A stretch of 64,000 nt of DNA from Nanobdellota archaeon (lineage in GTDB: Archaea > Nanobdellota > Nanobdellia > Pacearchaeales > GW2011-AR1), in contig JBBSYO010000022.1 of assembly GCA_038045185.1 (NCBI GenBank), positions 164-64,163 on the forward strand, written 5' to 3'. The translations under genes were made by a program, and so were the position numbers. A model generated the notes under the pieces. The model ran no database searches. It was not told the origin of the DNA and saw nothing but the letters and a program-made list of their open reading frames with translations. Position 1 is the stretch's first letter, and each line of letters opens with the position of its first letter. Shown here in pieces: positions 30,126 to 40,674 of this stretch.

Positions 30126-31355
30126 ATGGACAAGGAAGGACTATTGGCGCTCATCCGCGATGATGCGCGTGTATTTAATGCAATCAATGCACTGAGAAAC
30201 TCCTTTAGCCCGTTGCGATTTAATGATGTTCGCATTCCTAACGCCACACCGGCGGAGGCAATTAAACGAGGAATTCGGACTGTTCAAGAAACGCTTACGG
30301 CGTATGATGCTTTTGGTTTGAAGGTTGACGACATGGACCCTGGTCACGGAGTAGGGCACTTAGCGCGAGATTATATTAATGCCTTGCGACTTACGCATAT
30401 GGATTACGTAACTGATCCCAGCCATCTCTTTGTAGGGTTTGTTGGGGGAGTTTTACATGATATGGGAAATGCGATTGTTGAACGCTATGAAGAAGGTAAG
30501 CGGGTTACACGCCACGGTGAAGCTGGAGCGCTCCTTTTCAATGAGGCGACAAAAGACCTTGACCTTAATGATGCAGAACGTACTCTTATTGCTCATTCTA
30601 TTGCGGCTCACACCCATTACCTGAAACCCTTGTGTGTTAAGGGAGTAGATGGTATAGAACGTACTTTGCCTCCCTACCAAGATACGGATGAGGAAGGCAA
30701 GCCTGTCATGGGGGTATGGCTGCCTCGATGGATTGATAGACTGGATTGTAATGGTTCGGCTTTCTTGGGCAGACACTTTTTGACACTCGTGAACCCACGA
30801 GATGAATTTGACGGCGAGAAATTCTATCAAACTGATATTGTGAGCGCGTTGAATCCTCTATTGCGACCAGAAGTAGAGATTAAGGTGGCTGGAGCACATC
30901 CCCTTACTATGCGTGAGCATTTACGCAGGTATGCACGCACCCAAAGCAATAATTCTCCCTATGGAAAGCATGATAACGGAACTATGCAATCTCTGCGCGA
31001 TACCAATACAACCGCGCTTAATGCTATAATCGGAGCAGTCGATCGCGACGCGCTTCTTGGCTCGTCAGACATAGAACACATTCTGGGAAGGTGGACCACG
31101 TTCTTATCTGGAAATGTTGAGCCTAGCATGCTTGGAAGACACGCTGCTGAAAAAATGCGCAGCAAGTTTGGCGAACTTGATGAGTCCACACGGCGGGCTT
31201 GGGCATCTGGTTTTGATCAGGCTTTAGAGACGTATCGTGTCTGGGCCGCAATGGCAAAGAGTCAGGTCGGGGAAATTATTGGTTCAGATGAAGAAGCTCA
31301 GAAGCTACCTCTTTTAAACAAGAATGTTTTTGACGTCCTGAAACCTGCCTACTAA
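30126..31355 (+). CDS. HD-domain metal-dependent phosphohydrolase-like protein
   Basis: DPGHG.GH, LHDMG, RHGEAG, AAH, DRLD motif series. Confidence 0.7.
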   Translation: MDKEGLLALIRDDARVFNAINALRNSFSPLRFNDVRIPNATPAEAIKRGIRTVQETLTAYDAFGLKVDDMDPGHGVGHLARDYINALRLTHMDYVTDPSHLFVGFVGGVLHDMGNAIVERYEEGKRVTRHGEAGALLFNEATKDLDLNDAERTLIAHSIAAHTHYLKPLCVKGVDGIERTLPPYQDTDEEGKPVMGVWLPRWIDRLDCNGSAFLGRHFLTLVNPRDEFDGEKFYQTDIVSALNPLLRPEVEIKVAGAHPLTMREHLRRYARTQSNNSPYGKHDNGTMQSLRDTNTTALNAIIGAVDRDALLGSSDIEHILGRWTTFLSGNVEPSMLGRHAAEKMRSKFGELDESTRRAWASGFDQALETYRVWAAMAKSQVGEIIGSDEEAQKLPLLNKNVFDVLKPAY

Positions 31356-32545
31356 GATTTATTCTTACTATCCAAAAACTGCTTGAGAATTCCATAATAA
31401 TCGTTTTTCTGATTATTCGGCATACCCCAACACGGGATAAACATGCCGGATTCTTCGATTTCATCCCCTATTTTGAAGACATCGTGCATGGGGATTGACT
31501 CAACAGTGCGAAATATTTTCTGTTTGAGAATATTGCCGCACATAACAGGTCTAATTTCCACTTTCTTCTCCGTCAAGTACGACACAAACTCTGCGCGAGA
31601 AAAGGGAGCATCATGTTTTACCACTAAAGGATATGCAAACCAACTCGGTTGTGCCTTTGGGTGCGATTGAGGAAGGTGAAAGAAATTATATTGTCTAAAT
31701 AACGAATTAATTTCGTCAAATTGCTTTTTTCTGGCAGATACAATATTAGGTAATCTGCCCATTTGTTGTGCACCGAATGCGGCTTGAATTGCAGTCATTT
31801 GGCTGTCGGTTCCGAGGGTGAGATATTTGTAGCGATTGAGAAACTCTTCACCCGCACCGAAATCCCTTCCCCAAAAGATGATGCTGCGCGCGATGGGACT
31901 TAACTCGTCGCGATTAGTTCCGAAAGCCCCGCCTACGCCGGCAGCAGTTATGTGATGTGAACCATAAAAACTAAATGCGGCTGCTGTGCCAAATGAACCT
32001 ACGTGTTTACCATTAAAATAACATCCCAGTGTGTCGCAGCAATCTTCAATAAGGAATCGATTTCCAAGGGCTGCGAGAATACGATTCATGTCAGGTACAT
32101 TTCCTAGCAAATGAGGCAGGATAAGACCCTTAATTTGGGGGTATTTCTTGATAGCGCGCTCGACTTCTTCAGGATCAATAACATATGTGTATGGTTTTGT
32201 CTCCACAAAAACAGGAATTACGCCGAAATCGATAGCTGATGAAATACTCGTGGCAAACGTGGTTATTGGGTGAATCACTAAATCGCCGCGCCTTAGTGCG
32301 CCTTGGTGAATCAGACTCTTTATCGCAACGAGAATGGCAGATGAACCGCTATTCGTCAAATGAATATGCTTTATGCCAGTATAGTCTGAAAGTTTCTTCT
32401 CAAAATCCTTATTGAATTCCCCGTATCCGAACCAATCTGCATTAAAGACGCCTTGGACTGCTTCGATTTCTTTTTGAGTCCATTGTATACGATTTATCAG
32501 ATGAGAATCTCCTGTCTTTTCCCACTTTTTCCATTCCAAGGTCAT
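31352..32545 (-). CDS. DegT/DnrJ family PLP enzyme, His-type (RfbH/ColD-like 3-dehydratase)
   Basis: NSGSSA, IEDCCD, FSFYGSHHIT (His at the usual catalytic Lys position). Confidence 0.82.
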   Translation of the reverse strand: MTLEWKKWEKTGDSHLINRIQWTQKEIEAVQGVFNADWFGYGEFNKDFEKKLSDYTGIKHIHLTNSGSSAILVAIKSLIHQGALRRGDLVIHPITTFATSISSAIDFGVIPVFVETKPYTYVIDPEEVERAIKKYPQIKGLILPHLLGNVPDMNRILAALGNRFLIEDCCDTLGCYFNGKHVGSFGTAAAFSFYGSHHITAAGVGGAFGTNRDELSPIARSIIFWGRDFGAGEEFLNRYKYLTLGTDSQMTAIQAAFGAQQMGRLPNIVSARKKQFDEINSLFRQYNFFHLPQSHPKAQPSWFAYPLVVKHDAPFSRAEFVSYLTEKKVEIRPVMCGNILKQKIFRTVESIPMHDVFKIGDEIEESGMFIPCWGMPNNQKNDYYGILKQFLDSKNKS

Positions 32546-32559
32546 TACATTGGAACCTC

Positions 32560-33426
32560 TTAGCGGTTTTTATAACTTTGTATTTTTGTCTGTATTGCTT
32601 GCAAGGAATTAACCAAACTTGGACAGGAATATCCTGTTAATTTTCTGAGGTTTATTGAATTAGTCCCATTGTTAAGCGGGCGTTGCGCCGTCTGGTTCAG
32701 GGCTGCTGTTGTAATAGGCTCTAAAAGATATTTATTTAGGTTAAAAACGTCTGCGACAAGACATGCGAAATCGAATCGATTGACCTGTGTTGGGCCTGTT
32801 GCAACATATAACCCATTAATATTTTTATTGAGTATGTGCTCTATGTAGTCGCCTAAAACCGCTATATCTGTCGGATTACTTATTTGGTCTTTGGGTATCT
32901 TGCGGGGACCGGTAAGATTGAGAAGTTGCATAAGGAAATTTAGACCTCCGGGGTCATATCCAAAAACGACAGTCGTTCTTAGAATAGCGTGAAGGGGAAG
33001 TGTGCGCACAATATTTTCAGCCTCCAACTTTGTTTTTCCGTAGATGTTGAGCGGGTTCGTTTCTGATTTCTCATCGTAATTATTGGTTTGCCCCGAGTAG
33101 ACATAGTCCGTGGAAATATAGATTATTTTTTTATTATTCTTATTTGCCCATTCAACTAAATTTTTAGTTGCGTAGACATTATTTTTATAGGACTCATCTT
33201 GGTGTGTTTCGCAGTAGTCAACATTAGTTAAGGCTGCGCAGTGAATTATAACATCCGGATTCAGCTCCCCGAGCACTTTTTCTGTTTGCTGTGAAGTTAA
33301 GTCTAATACGAGGGTAGTTGTGGGAGATTTCCTCCTTGAAATCCCAAAAATCTCATGTTTTAATTTAAGTCGCTCGCACAGTTTCTTCCCGACAAATCCC
33401 GCTGAACCAGTTATAAGAACTTTCAT
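32560..33426 (-). CDS. RmlD-like SDR sugar reductase
   Basis: ITGSAGFVG, HCAALTNVD.CE, ISTDYV, YGKTK. Confidence 0.9.
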   Translation of the reverse strand: MKVLITGSAGFVGKKLCERLKLKHEIFGISRRKSPTTTLVLDLTSQQTEKVLGELNPDVIIHCAALTNVDYCETHQDESYKNNVYATKNLVEWANKNNKKIIYISTDYVYSGQTNNYDEKSETNPLNIYGKTKLEAENIVRTLPLHAILRTTVVFGYDPGGLNFLMQLLNLTGPRKIPKDQISNPTDIAVLGDYIEHILNKNINGLYVATGPTQVNRFDFACLVADVFNLNKYLLEPITTAALNQTAQRPLNNGTNSINLRKLTGYSCPSLVNSLQAIQTKIQSYKNR

Positions 33427-33430
33427 AAGT

Positions 33431-34984
33431 TTACATTATTTGGAGGACGTCGTGAGAACCGTTTTTGACGAGGCTATTAGCTCTGAAAAGGCTTTCGAAC
33501 GCCCCCGCATCGGTCCAGTACCCCTTAACAAAGTCAAATGTAAGCTGGTTTATTTTTATATATGCGTTATTCACATCCGTAATTTCAAGCTCCCCACGTT
33601 CTGATGGAATTATAGTATCTATAATATTAAAGACCTTATTATCGTACAAATATAAACCGGTAACGGCATAGTTTGATTTGGGATTTTTCGGCTTTTCTTC
33701 AATTGAAACTATTTTGTCATCATTTATTTCTGCAATTCCGAACCTGTGCGGGTCTTCTACTTGTTTAACAAATACTTTTGCTCCTTCTTTGAACTCAGAT
33801 ATATCAAATATGTCCTGAAAAATATTGTCTCCCAATATTACTGCAATGCCGCTGTCTCCTGCAAAATCTCTTGCGAGTCCCAAGGCTTGGGCTATCCCTC
33901 CGGATTCTTCTTGGATTTCGTAGGATAAATTGAGACCGAGTTCTTTTCCGCTCCCCAATAAACTAAGAATTTGCCCGCAGTGTTCTCTTCCTGAAACAAC
34001 CAAGATATCAGTTAAGCCCATCGCCTTTAGTGTTTCAAGAGGATAGAATATCATTGGCTTATTGTAAATCGGGAGCAGGTGTTTATTGATAACTTTAGTG
34101 AGAGGCAATAACCGCGAACCTGTTCCACCGGCAAGCACAATGCCCTTTATTTTTCTTTGCGAGTCCATATTCTTTCGGTATTCCATCAAACATTGGCGCA
34201 CTGCGATTCGTGTATCAGAAACTTCGATGGATAGAGATTCTAGTTTCTTAGTGGACAACACAGAGTTTGAACGTTTTGCCTTTGAAACCGCATCAAGCTG
34301 GGCGGGAGAGATAACCTGATAAGCCATTTTCCGATTAGTTATTTCCTGATAAATTCCCAATATCTCTTCGTGAGTAATTGCTCCCTTGTTTACCAAATTA
34401 AATACTCCGCTTTGGTTTCGATCCATTAATTCTTTTGTTATTCTAAGCATGTCGGGAATAACGGTTACTGAATTTTCTGCGCCTATAATTTTCTTATAGA
34501 TAAGAAGTCGCGATATTAGATTCTTGTTGTGGGGTATGTTATCTATAGGCATTCGTATCCGTATTTGAAGCACGTTGTTAAACTCCTTAAGCAAATTTTC
34601 TGCAGAAATCTTTGTTCTGGCATAATGATTTTCCGTAAAGTTTGGCTCATCGCCTTCTGAAAATCCATTGCCATTATTATTTCCTTCATAAATGTCGCCG
34701 CTCCCTATATGAACCAATCGCTTTTTTAGAGATTGACATGCTTGCAGTAAATAGCCGGGCACAAGAATGTTCGATTCGGTTGTTTCTATTCTATGCTCCT
34801 CACACCAGTCAATACCTGTTTTTCCTATACAATTGATAACAATCTCTGGGTCGTATTTCGTTATCTCTTCTATTGCGTTTGCAACACTCACAATCTTAGA
34901 TCCCGAGAGTACACTATTTTCAAGAAATGCTCTGAAACGATTGCCCAAATACCCGTTTCCGAGAATGAGATATTTGCAAGTCAT
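33431..34984 (-). CDS. fusion: NRS/ER-like epimerase-reductase plus glucose-1-phosphate thymidylyltransferase (RmlA-like)
   Basis: N-term LG.GYLG, NCIGKTG.DWCE, Y.RTK, RIRMPI; C-term GIVLAGGTGSRLLPLT, LGDNIF, RGELEITD. Confidence 0.88.
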   Translation of the reverse strand: MTCKYLILGNGYLGNRFRAFLENSVLSGSKIVSVANAIEEITKYDPEIVINCIGKTGIDWCEEHRIETTESNILVPGYLLQACQSLKKRLVHIGSGDIYEGNNNGNGFSEGDEPNFTENHYARTKISAENLLKEFNNVLQIRIRMPIDNIPHNKNLISRLLIYKKIIGAENSVTVIPDMLRITKELMDRNQSGVFNLVNKGAITHEEILGIYQEITNRKMAYQVISPAQLDAVSKAKRSNSVLSTKKLESLSIEVSDTRIAVRQCLMEYRKNMDSQRKIKGIVLAGGTGSRLLPLTKVINKHLLPIYNKPMIFYPLETLKAMGLTDILVVSGREHCGQILSLLGSGKELGLNLSYEIQEESGGIAQALGLARDFAGDSGIAVILGDNIFQDIFDISEFKEGAKVFVKQVEDPHRFGIAEINDDKIVSIEEKPKNPKSNYAVTGLYLYDNKVFNIIDTIIPSERGELEITDVNNAYIKINQLTFDFVKGYWTDAGAFESLFRANSLVKNGSHDVLQIM

Positions 34985-35970
34985 GATGTTCGCTTTCCCT
35001 GCGTTAGTTTTAATGGTCGCCACCATCCTTCATTTGAAGTGTACCACTGGACTGTGTAATTAAGCATTTCCTGAAAACTTGATGCGGGCAACCATCCAAG
35101 CGCACAGAGTTTTGAACAATTGAGCGAGTAACGTAAATCGTGACCTTTTCTATCTTCAACATAGTTGATGTGCAGTTCATCTTTCATCATAATTGCAAGT
35201 ATGAGCTTGGTGAGATCTTTATTAGTTATTTCGTTCCGCCCCCCTATATTATATACTTCTCCCGGGCTGCCTTTGTGGATTACTGTGTCAATTGCCCCGC
35301 AATTATCTCGTACATACATCCAGTCCCTTACATTTTTTCCTTCGCCGTATAAGGGAACCTTCTTTCCGTCAATAATATTTGTTATAAAGAGAGGTATTAC
35401 CTTTTCTGGAAATTGGTACGGCCCAAAATTATTCGAGGATCGCGTGATAATGATGGGCTGTTTGTGAGTGTGTATGTTCGCAAAACAGAGCATTTCTGCA
35501 GCAGCCTTAGAAGCACTATAAGGCGAGGAAGGTTTCAACGTATCTGTTTCTACAGAGGGGGGCTGTTCAAAACTAAGTGACCCGTATACTTCGTCAGTCG
35601 ATATTTGGACAAAGAGTTTAGCTTTTTTTTCACGGGCTACGTCTAAAAGAACCTGAGTTCCCAACACATTCGTTTTTATGAATATCTCAGGATCCAAAAG
35701 AGAATTATCTACGTGGGATTCCGCGGCAAAATTAACAATGACGTCTCCTTCATCAAGTATATTAGACATCGCTTTTCTATCGCATATATCTTCTTTAAAG
35801 AACTTATAATTCTGTTCTTTCTCTATATCTAAGAGGTTGTTTAGGTTACCAGAATAGGTCAACTTATCGATATTTACGAAAGAGTAATTGGGATATCTCT
35901 TTATCATGTGACGGATGAAATTACTACCTATAAACCCTGCCCCCCCCGTTATAACAAATCTTTGCTCCAT
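34981..35970 (-). CDS. rmlB: dTDP-glucose 4,6-dehydratase
   Basis: TGGAGFIGSNF, FAAESHVD, STDEVYG, YSASK. Confidence 0.96.
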   Translation of the reverse strand: MEQRFVITGGAGFIGSNFIRHMIKRYPNYSFVNIDKLTYSGNLNNLLDIEKEQNYKFFKEDICDRKAMSNILDEGDVIVNFAAESHVDNSLLDPEIFIKTNVLGTQVLLDVAREKKAKLFVQISTDEVYGSLSFEQPPSVETDTLKPSSPYSASKAAAEMLCFANIHTHKQPIIITRSSNNFGPYQFPEKVIPLFITNIIDGKKVPLYGEGKNVRDWMYVRDNCGAIDTVIHKGSPGEVYNIGGRNEITNKDLTKLILAIMMKDELHINYVEDRKGHDLRYSLNCSKLCALGWLPASSFQEMLNYTVQWYTSNEGWWRPLKLTQGKRTS

Positions 35971-36069
35971 GAGATAATAAAAAAGTGTAACTTGGCGATT
36001 ATAAACTTAATGGTGGTTAAAACGCTGTGTAAGCACAAGACATATGTCGTGAAGCTACCGAAAATTAGT

Positions 36070-36141
36070 TCTCAAGGCTGGTTTACACCAGCCCGTGAAA
36101 TTGACATCAAAAAATGACCTTCCAGAAAGATTTTTTAATGC
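36070..36141. repeat. degenerate hairpin cluster C
   Basis: ggctggt-ttac-accagcc and catcaaaaaat..attttttaatg. Confidence 0.5.
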
Positions 36142-36159
36142 TGAAAAATGGAGATTTAT

Positions 36160-37128
36160 ATGTATTCCCTTAAAGATGTCTCGGTAATTATACCCACCTA
36201 TAACCGAGCTGATGACCTTAGAGAGACATTGGATTCGTTCAAAGAAATTATTCCCAAGATTGGAGAGGTAATCGTTGTTGACCAGAGCACAGAGGATAAA
36301 ACGAAAAAACTTGTGCAAAACCTGAAGAACGCAAAAATACGTTATATTTACTCATCGGCCCCCTCCCTTACTCGAGCACGCAACGCGGGAATAAAAAAAA
36401 TCAGCAGATTATCGCGTATTGTGTTGTTTTTGGACGATGATGTATCGCTTGAGAGATATTATTTTGAAGAGATTTTACGCGTTTTTAATGATAATCCTGA
36501 GGCTTTAGGAGCGAGCGGCTATTATCTGCCTCCTGAAATAAAGATGGGAAAAACTGAAACAGCCTTACGCAAGATGTTTTATATCGAGCACAAGTCTCCG
36601 AATAGCGCGCGTGTTTTGTCAGCTTATGGAACAGTATACCCTTCAGTACTCACCAAAGTCATCATGGCTGATTGGTTATCTGGTTTCAACATGGCATTCA
36701 AAAGAGAGGTATTTCAGCACGAGCAGTTCGATGAAAACTTATCGCAATATGCATTGGGAGAGGATTTTGATTTCAGTTATAGGGTGCACCTGCGGCGTCC
36801 CGCTTCTTTGTATCTAACCCCTTATGCAAAACTCATTCATCGCGTCTCGAGTGTTGAACGTGTTCCCACCAGAAAAATAAATTACATGAATCAAATATAT
36901 CACTTCTACTTTAACTTCAAGAACTTTAACCGCACCGCACTACAGAAGATAGCATTTGCTTGGGCGGTATTCGGAATAACGATTTTAAGAACGTGGCAGT
37001 TTATAGGCTGCCCAACTCTACATGAGGGATTGCGTCTACGATACTACATTTCTTCTTTGTGGTACTGTTTGAAATATTTAAGCAAGATAAGGCGTGGGGA
37101 AATAGAAATCCCTGAAAATACTATTTAG
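36160..37128 (+). CDS. GT2 glycosyltransferase
   Basis: SVIIPTYNR, VVDQS, FLDDD, GEDFDF. Confidence 0.92.
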   Translation: MYSLKDVSVIIPTYNRADDLRETLDSFKEIIPKIGEVIVVDQSTEDKTKKLVQNLKNAKIRYIYSSAPSLTRARNAGIKKISRLSRIVLFLDDDVSLERYYFEEILRVFNDNPEALGASGYYLPPEIKMGKTETALRKMFYIEHKSPNSARVLSAYGTVYPSVLTKVIMADWLSGFNMAFKREVFQHEQFDENLSQYALGEDFDFSYRVHLRRPASLYLTPYAKLIHRVSSVERVPTRKINYMNQIYHFYFNFKNFNRTALQKIAFAWAVFGITILRTWQFIGCPTLHEGLRLRYYISSLWYCLKYLSKIRRGEIEIPENTI

Positions 37129-37846
37129 TTGCCTCTGCCGTATAACCCATTGTCCAGAAATGTTTTCGGTCTATAAAGTCCATATGGAATAAGATGAATG
37201 AAGCAAGTATGCGAAACAGCATGAGGTCGATAAGCCAGAGTGGAAAATAAATCAACTTATTATGCTTCCATTGTTCGAAAATGCTGTTGAATCTTAGAGC
37301 GTCTGCAAGAAATTTGAAATATCCACCCATGGGTTTTATTTTGAATTTCTTAAATCCCGCATTTCTGAGAAGACTCTCAAGTCCGTAGCGTGTGAAATAA
37401 TAGTAATTGTGCGGAGCTTGATGAATCATCCAACCCTGGGGAGTTGTGAGGAAAAGTTTGCCTCCTTTCTTGAGGATTCGGTATATTTCATCCATAACTT
37501 TTTGAGGGTATTCGACGTGTTCGAGCACCTCTGTCGAAAGTACTGCATCGTAGGTATTGGTTGACTTGGGAATTTTATCCAGCGTACAGGTAAAATCAAG
37601 GATATGGTGCGGATTTGCGTAGTCTGTCGCCTCGTAACGGCAGTGCTTGAAGAACGATTTGTATGGACATGGACCGGCTCCGGCATCTAGCACGCGTGCG
37701 TCGCGCGGCATCTTCTGTGCCGCGTATTGAACGAACTTCTCAATAGCATGGCGTCTCGGATTAAAGCGTAGTCGAAGGGATTTAGGAAAAAGGTTGATGA
37801 AAAACTGTACGCGTTTATCACGCCCAGTTACAATATCCTCAGCCAT
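37121..37846 (-). CDS. class I SAM-dependent methyltransferase
   Basis: VLDAGAG, YDAVLSTEVLEH, LKKGG. Confidence 0.9.
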   Translation of the reverse strand: MAEDIVTGRDKRVQFFINLFPKSLRLRFNPRRHAIEKFVQYAAQKMPRDARVLDAGAGPCPYKSFFKHCRYEATDYANPHHILDFTCTLDKIPKSTNTYDAVLSTEVLEHVEYPQKVMDEIYRILKKGGKLFLTTPQGWMIHQAPHNYYYFTRYGLESLLRNAGFKKFKIKPMGGYFKFLADALRFNSIFEQWKHNKLIYFPLWLIDLMLFRILASFILFHMDFIDRKHFWTMGYTAEATK

Positions 37847-37896
37847 AGGTATACACCGCCCGTATTGTTTTTAAATTGTTCTTACTATGAAGATGG

Positions 37897-39450
37897 ATGC
37901 AAAAGCAGGATAAAACGAGGAATTACCTCAATACATTTGTCAAGACATCCATATTCGTATTTTTTAGCATAGTGCTTTCAAAGGTATTCACTTATGGGTA
38001 TAAAATCGTCATCGCCCGCAATTTTGGTGCTGGAGTCTATGGTAACTTTTCATTAGCAATCATTATAACGGGATTTTTTATAGCCTTTGCCTCTTTAGGT
38101 TTTTCTGATGGATTAGTGCGATACATTTCGTACTATCTTGGGAAAAATGATAGCGCGCGGATTAAGTATTTTCTTTCTGTTACGACGCGTTTGATGTTGT
38201 GCTCGGGAATTGTTGGAGGTTTGCTTTTATTCTTTCTTGCAGAAGTTATTGCGGTTGGCATCTTTAGAAATGCAGAGCTAGCGGTCTTCCTTAGGATATT
38301 CAGCTTTATTGTGCCACTCTCGCTTTTGGGAAGCATTGGTATCGCGTTCTTGCGGAGTTATGAACGTGCAAAAACGGCTTCATTTCTTGTTGGCATATTT
38401 CATAATGGAATACGCCTTGTAATAATTGCAGGACTCATGGCTATCGGGTTGGGTATGCTGTCGACCCCATATTCGTACGTTCTGTCTTATGTGTTTGCAA
38501 TTGCAGCAATACTCTATTTTGCAAAGAGCCAATTAATTTCGGTCGTGCGCGTGCGCGTGTCGATTGGAAGTTCAGAGAAAAGCAAACTCTTGCGCGAACT
38601 GTTTTCGTATTCGTGGCCGCTTGTTCTAGTGGGGCTGTTATTAAGCATGTTTTACTGGATAGATTCTCTTGTTCTGGGTTATTTTACCAACGCAGAGATT
38701 GTTGGATTTTACAGCGCAGCCACTACTCTTGCTGGCCTGTTTGTCATGGCCCCAGACTTGTTTAGCCAGCTCTTCCTGCCTGTTATCTCAAAAGAGTTGT
38801 CGCGTAATAACAAGACCGTGATACGAACTCTTACCAAACAAATCACTAAATGGATTTATATGATTAACATACCTGTTCTTGGAGTTATCTTCTTCTTTCC
38901 GGGAGCTATTCTTAACTTATTTTTCGGACCAGAATTTATGGTCGCGCAGGCGGCTTTGCGCATTCTTGCCTTAGGGGGAATGTTCTCAGGGTTCATCAAC
39001 ATATTTACAAACCTGCTATCTGCGAAGAAAGAGACCAAACTTATATTGTATAACTTCGCGGCGTTCTCGGCAGTCAATTTGGCATTGAGCGTGCTTTTGA
39101 TAAAATATGGAATGGTTGGAGTTGCCATTGGAACTGCAGTTTCGTGGATTGGATTCTACCTAACTCTCTTTTTCCAGATAAAGAAGAAATGCGGATTCTA
39201 TCCTGTGAAACGAAATATCTTAAGAGTGACTGGTGTGGCAATCGTTCCCATAGTTCTCCTATATGTTATGGCCATTTCATTTGGGCAAAGCCGTAGTGGA
39301 ATGATTATTAGTGCGGCCGTCTTTGGAGTTTTATATGTCTCTCTTCTTATTGCGACCAAGTCGCTGGATGAAAGAGATTGGGCAGTAGTGCGCGACATCA
39401 AGACGAAGGTGATGCGGAGCATTGCTCCTGCGGTGCGATTGGTCGAATAA
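37897..39450 (+). CDS. oligosaccharide flippase (Wzx/AglR-like)
   Basis: IARNFG...YG, DSLVLGYF...VGFYSAA; polytopic. Confidence 0.88.
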   Translation: MQKQDKTRNYLNTFVKTSIFVFFSIVLSKVFTYGYKIVIARNFGAGVYGNFSLAIIITGFFIAFASLGFSDGLVRYISYYLGKNDSARIKYFLSVTTRLMLCSGIVGGLLLFFLAEVIAVGIFRNAELAVFLRIFSFIVPLSLLGSIGIAFLRSYERAKTASFLVGIFHNGIRLVIIAGLMAIGLGMLSTPYSYVLSYVFAIAAILYFAKSQLISVVRVRVSIGSSEKSKLLRELFSYSWPLVLVGLLLSMFYWIDSLVLGYFTNAEIVGFYSAATTLAGLFVMAPDLFSQLFLPVISKELSRNNKTVIRTLTKQITKWIYMINIPVLGVIFFFPGAILNLFFGPEFMVAQAALRILALGGMFSGFINIFTNLLSAKKETKLILYNFAAFSAVNLALSVLLIKYGMVGVAIGTAVSWIGFYLTLFFQIKKKCGFYPVKRNILRVTGVAIVPIVLLYVMAISFGQSRSGMIISAAVFGVLYVSLLIATKSLDERDWAVVRDIKTKVMRSIAPAVRLVE

Positions 39451-39498
39451 CTGCGGGGGTTAAAAAGTTTTAAATATGCCCTCCGAGAAGAGAAGTAG

Positions 39499-40245
39499 AT
39501 GCGCTATCAAAACATTCTAATTACCGGAGGCACGGGAAAACTCGGAAAGGCGTTGCTTGCTTCCAACTTCTTCAAAAGGAAAGTGTTCGCGCCTACGCAT
39601 ACCGATATGGACATTACCAACAAAGAACAGGTAGGGCGCTACTTCAATGAGCATGAGATTGATGCAATCATACACTGCGCTGCGCTTATTAATATGAAAG
39701 AGTGCGAGACTAATCCTGCCTCGGCTATCAAAGTCAATATTAATGGGACAGGCAATTTGGTAGAAGCGGCATTAAATAAACCTCACACGAGATTCGTTTA
39801 TATCTCTACTGATTACGTGTACCCTTGTGAAAATGGACCCTATAGCGAAAGTGATTCTGCGATTCCATTTACTTCCTATGGCTGGACAAAGTTGGGCGGA
39901 GAATGTGCTGCACGCACAATTAAAGACCACTGCATTGTCCGAACAAGTTTTTTTAACCCGGTGAATATTCCTTATGACGCTGCTCCTCTTGATTCATTTT
40001 GTTCAAAGATTCCCATATCTGAGTTAGCCGAGGCAATTATTGCTCTGCTTGACAGCGATTTTGTTGGGGTGATAAATGTCGGACAGGAACGAGCGAGCCT
40101 TTATGAGATATTTAAGAAGTATAAGCCTAGTATCCAATCACAGACGCTTGAAGAAATTAATCGTGCGGCTCCAATAAAGCGCGCGAAAGATTCTTCATTA
40201 GACGTGAGCCTTTGGAATAAATTTAAGGCGCTGGCGAAGACTTAA
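39499..40245 (+). CDS. RmlD-like SDR sugar reductase
   Basis: ITGGTGKLG, ISTDYV, YGWTK. Confidence 0.88.
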   Translation: MRYQNILITGGTGKLGKALLASNFFKRKVFAPTHTDMDITNKEQVGRYFNEHEIDAIIHCAALINMKECETNPASAIKVNINGTGNLVEAALNKPHTRFVYISTDYVYPCENGPYSESDSAIPFTSYGWTKLGGECAARTIKDHCIVRTSFFNPVNIPYDAAPLDSFCSKIPISELAEAIIALLDSDFVGVINVGQERASLYEIFKKYKPSIQSQTLEEINRAAPIKRAKDSSLDVSLWNKFKALAKT

Positions 40246-40269
40246 ATAGTGAGAAGAAAATCTTTTTTT

Positions 40270-40650
40270 ATGGCAATTGAAAAGGTCGTGTATGAGGCGA
40301 AGCATGACGTGCAGACGAACGATGCGCGAACGATTACCACCTTGTTCGACGGAGATATATCTGATTTTTCTTGCGAACAGATACGAATCGCGCATATTAT
40401 TAAGGGTGGCTGGATGGGAAATCATTGGAGGGAGTATCCTGAATTGTACGGAGTTATTGGCACGGCGACTTTTGTTCTTGAAGATATTAATGCCAAACAG
40501 CGAAAAAAATATACACTTGACACTGGAGACCGGCTTTTTGTCCCCCCACGGGTGGCACTCAAGGTACGCGGAAAAGTTGGAACAGTTATAATTGTTTGTG
40601 CGTCCAAAGCAGATAGGAGTACAGGGACACATGCGTACCAAGTAGATTAA
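40270..40650 (+). CDS. cupin, FdtA/WxcM-like
   Basis: DAR, GNHW...E...G, L.VPP.VA cupin pattern. Confidence 0.6.
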   Translation: MAIEKVVYEAKHDVQTNDARTITTLFDGDISDFSCEQIRIAHIIKGGWMGNHWREYPELYGVIGTATFVLEDINAKQRKKYTLDTGDRLFVPPRVALKVRGKVGTVIIVCASKADRSTGTHAYQVD

Positions 40651-40674
40651 ATGATAGATTCATTAGCAGTAGTT

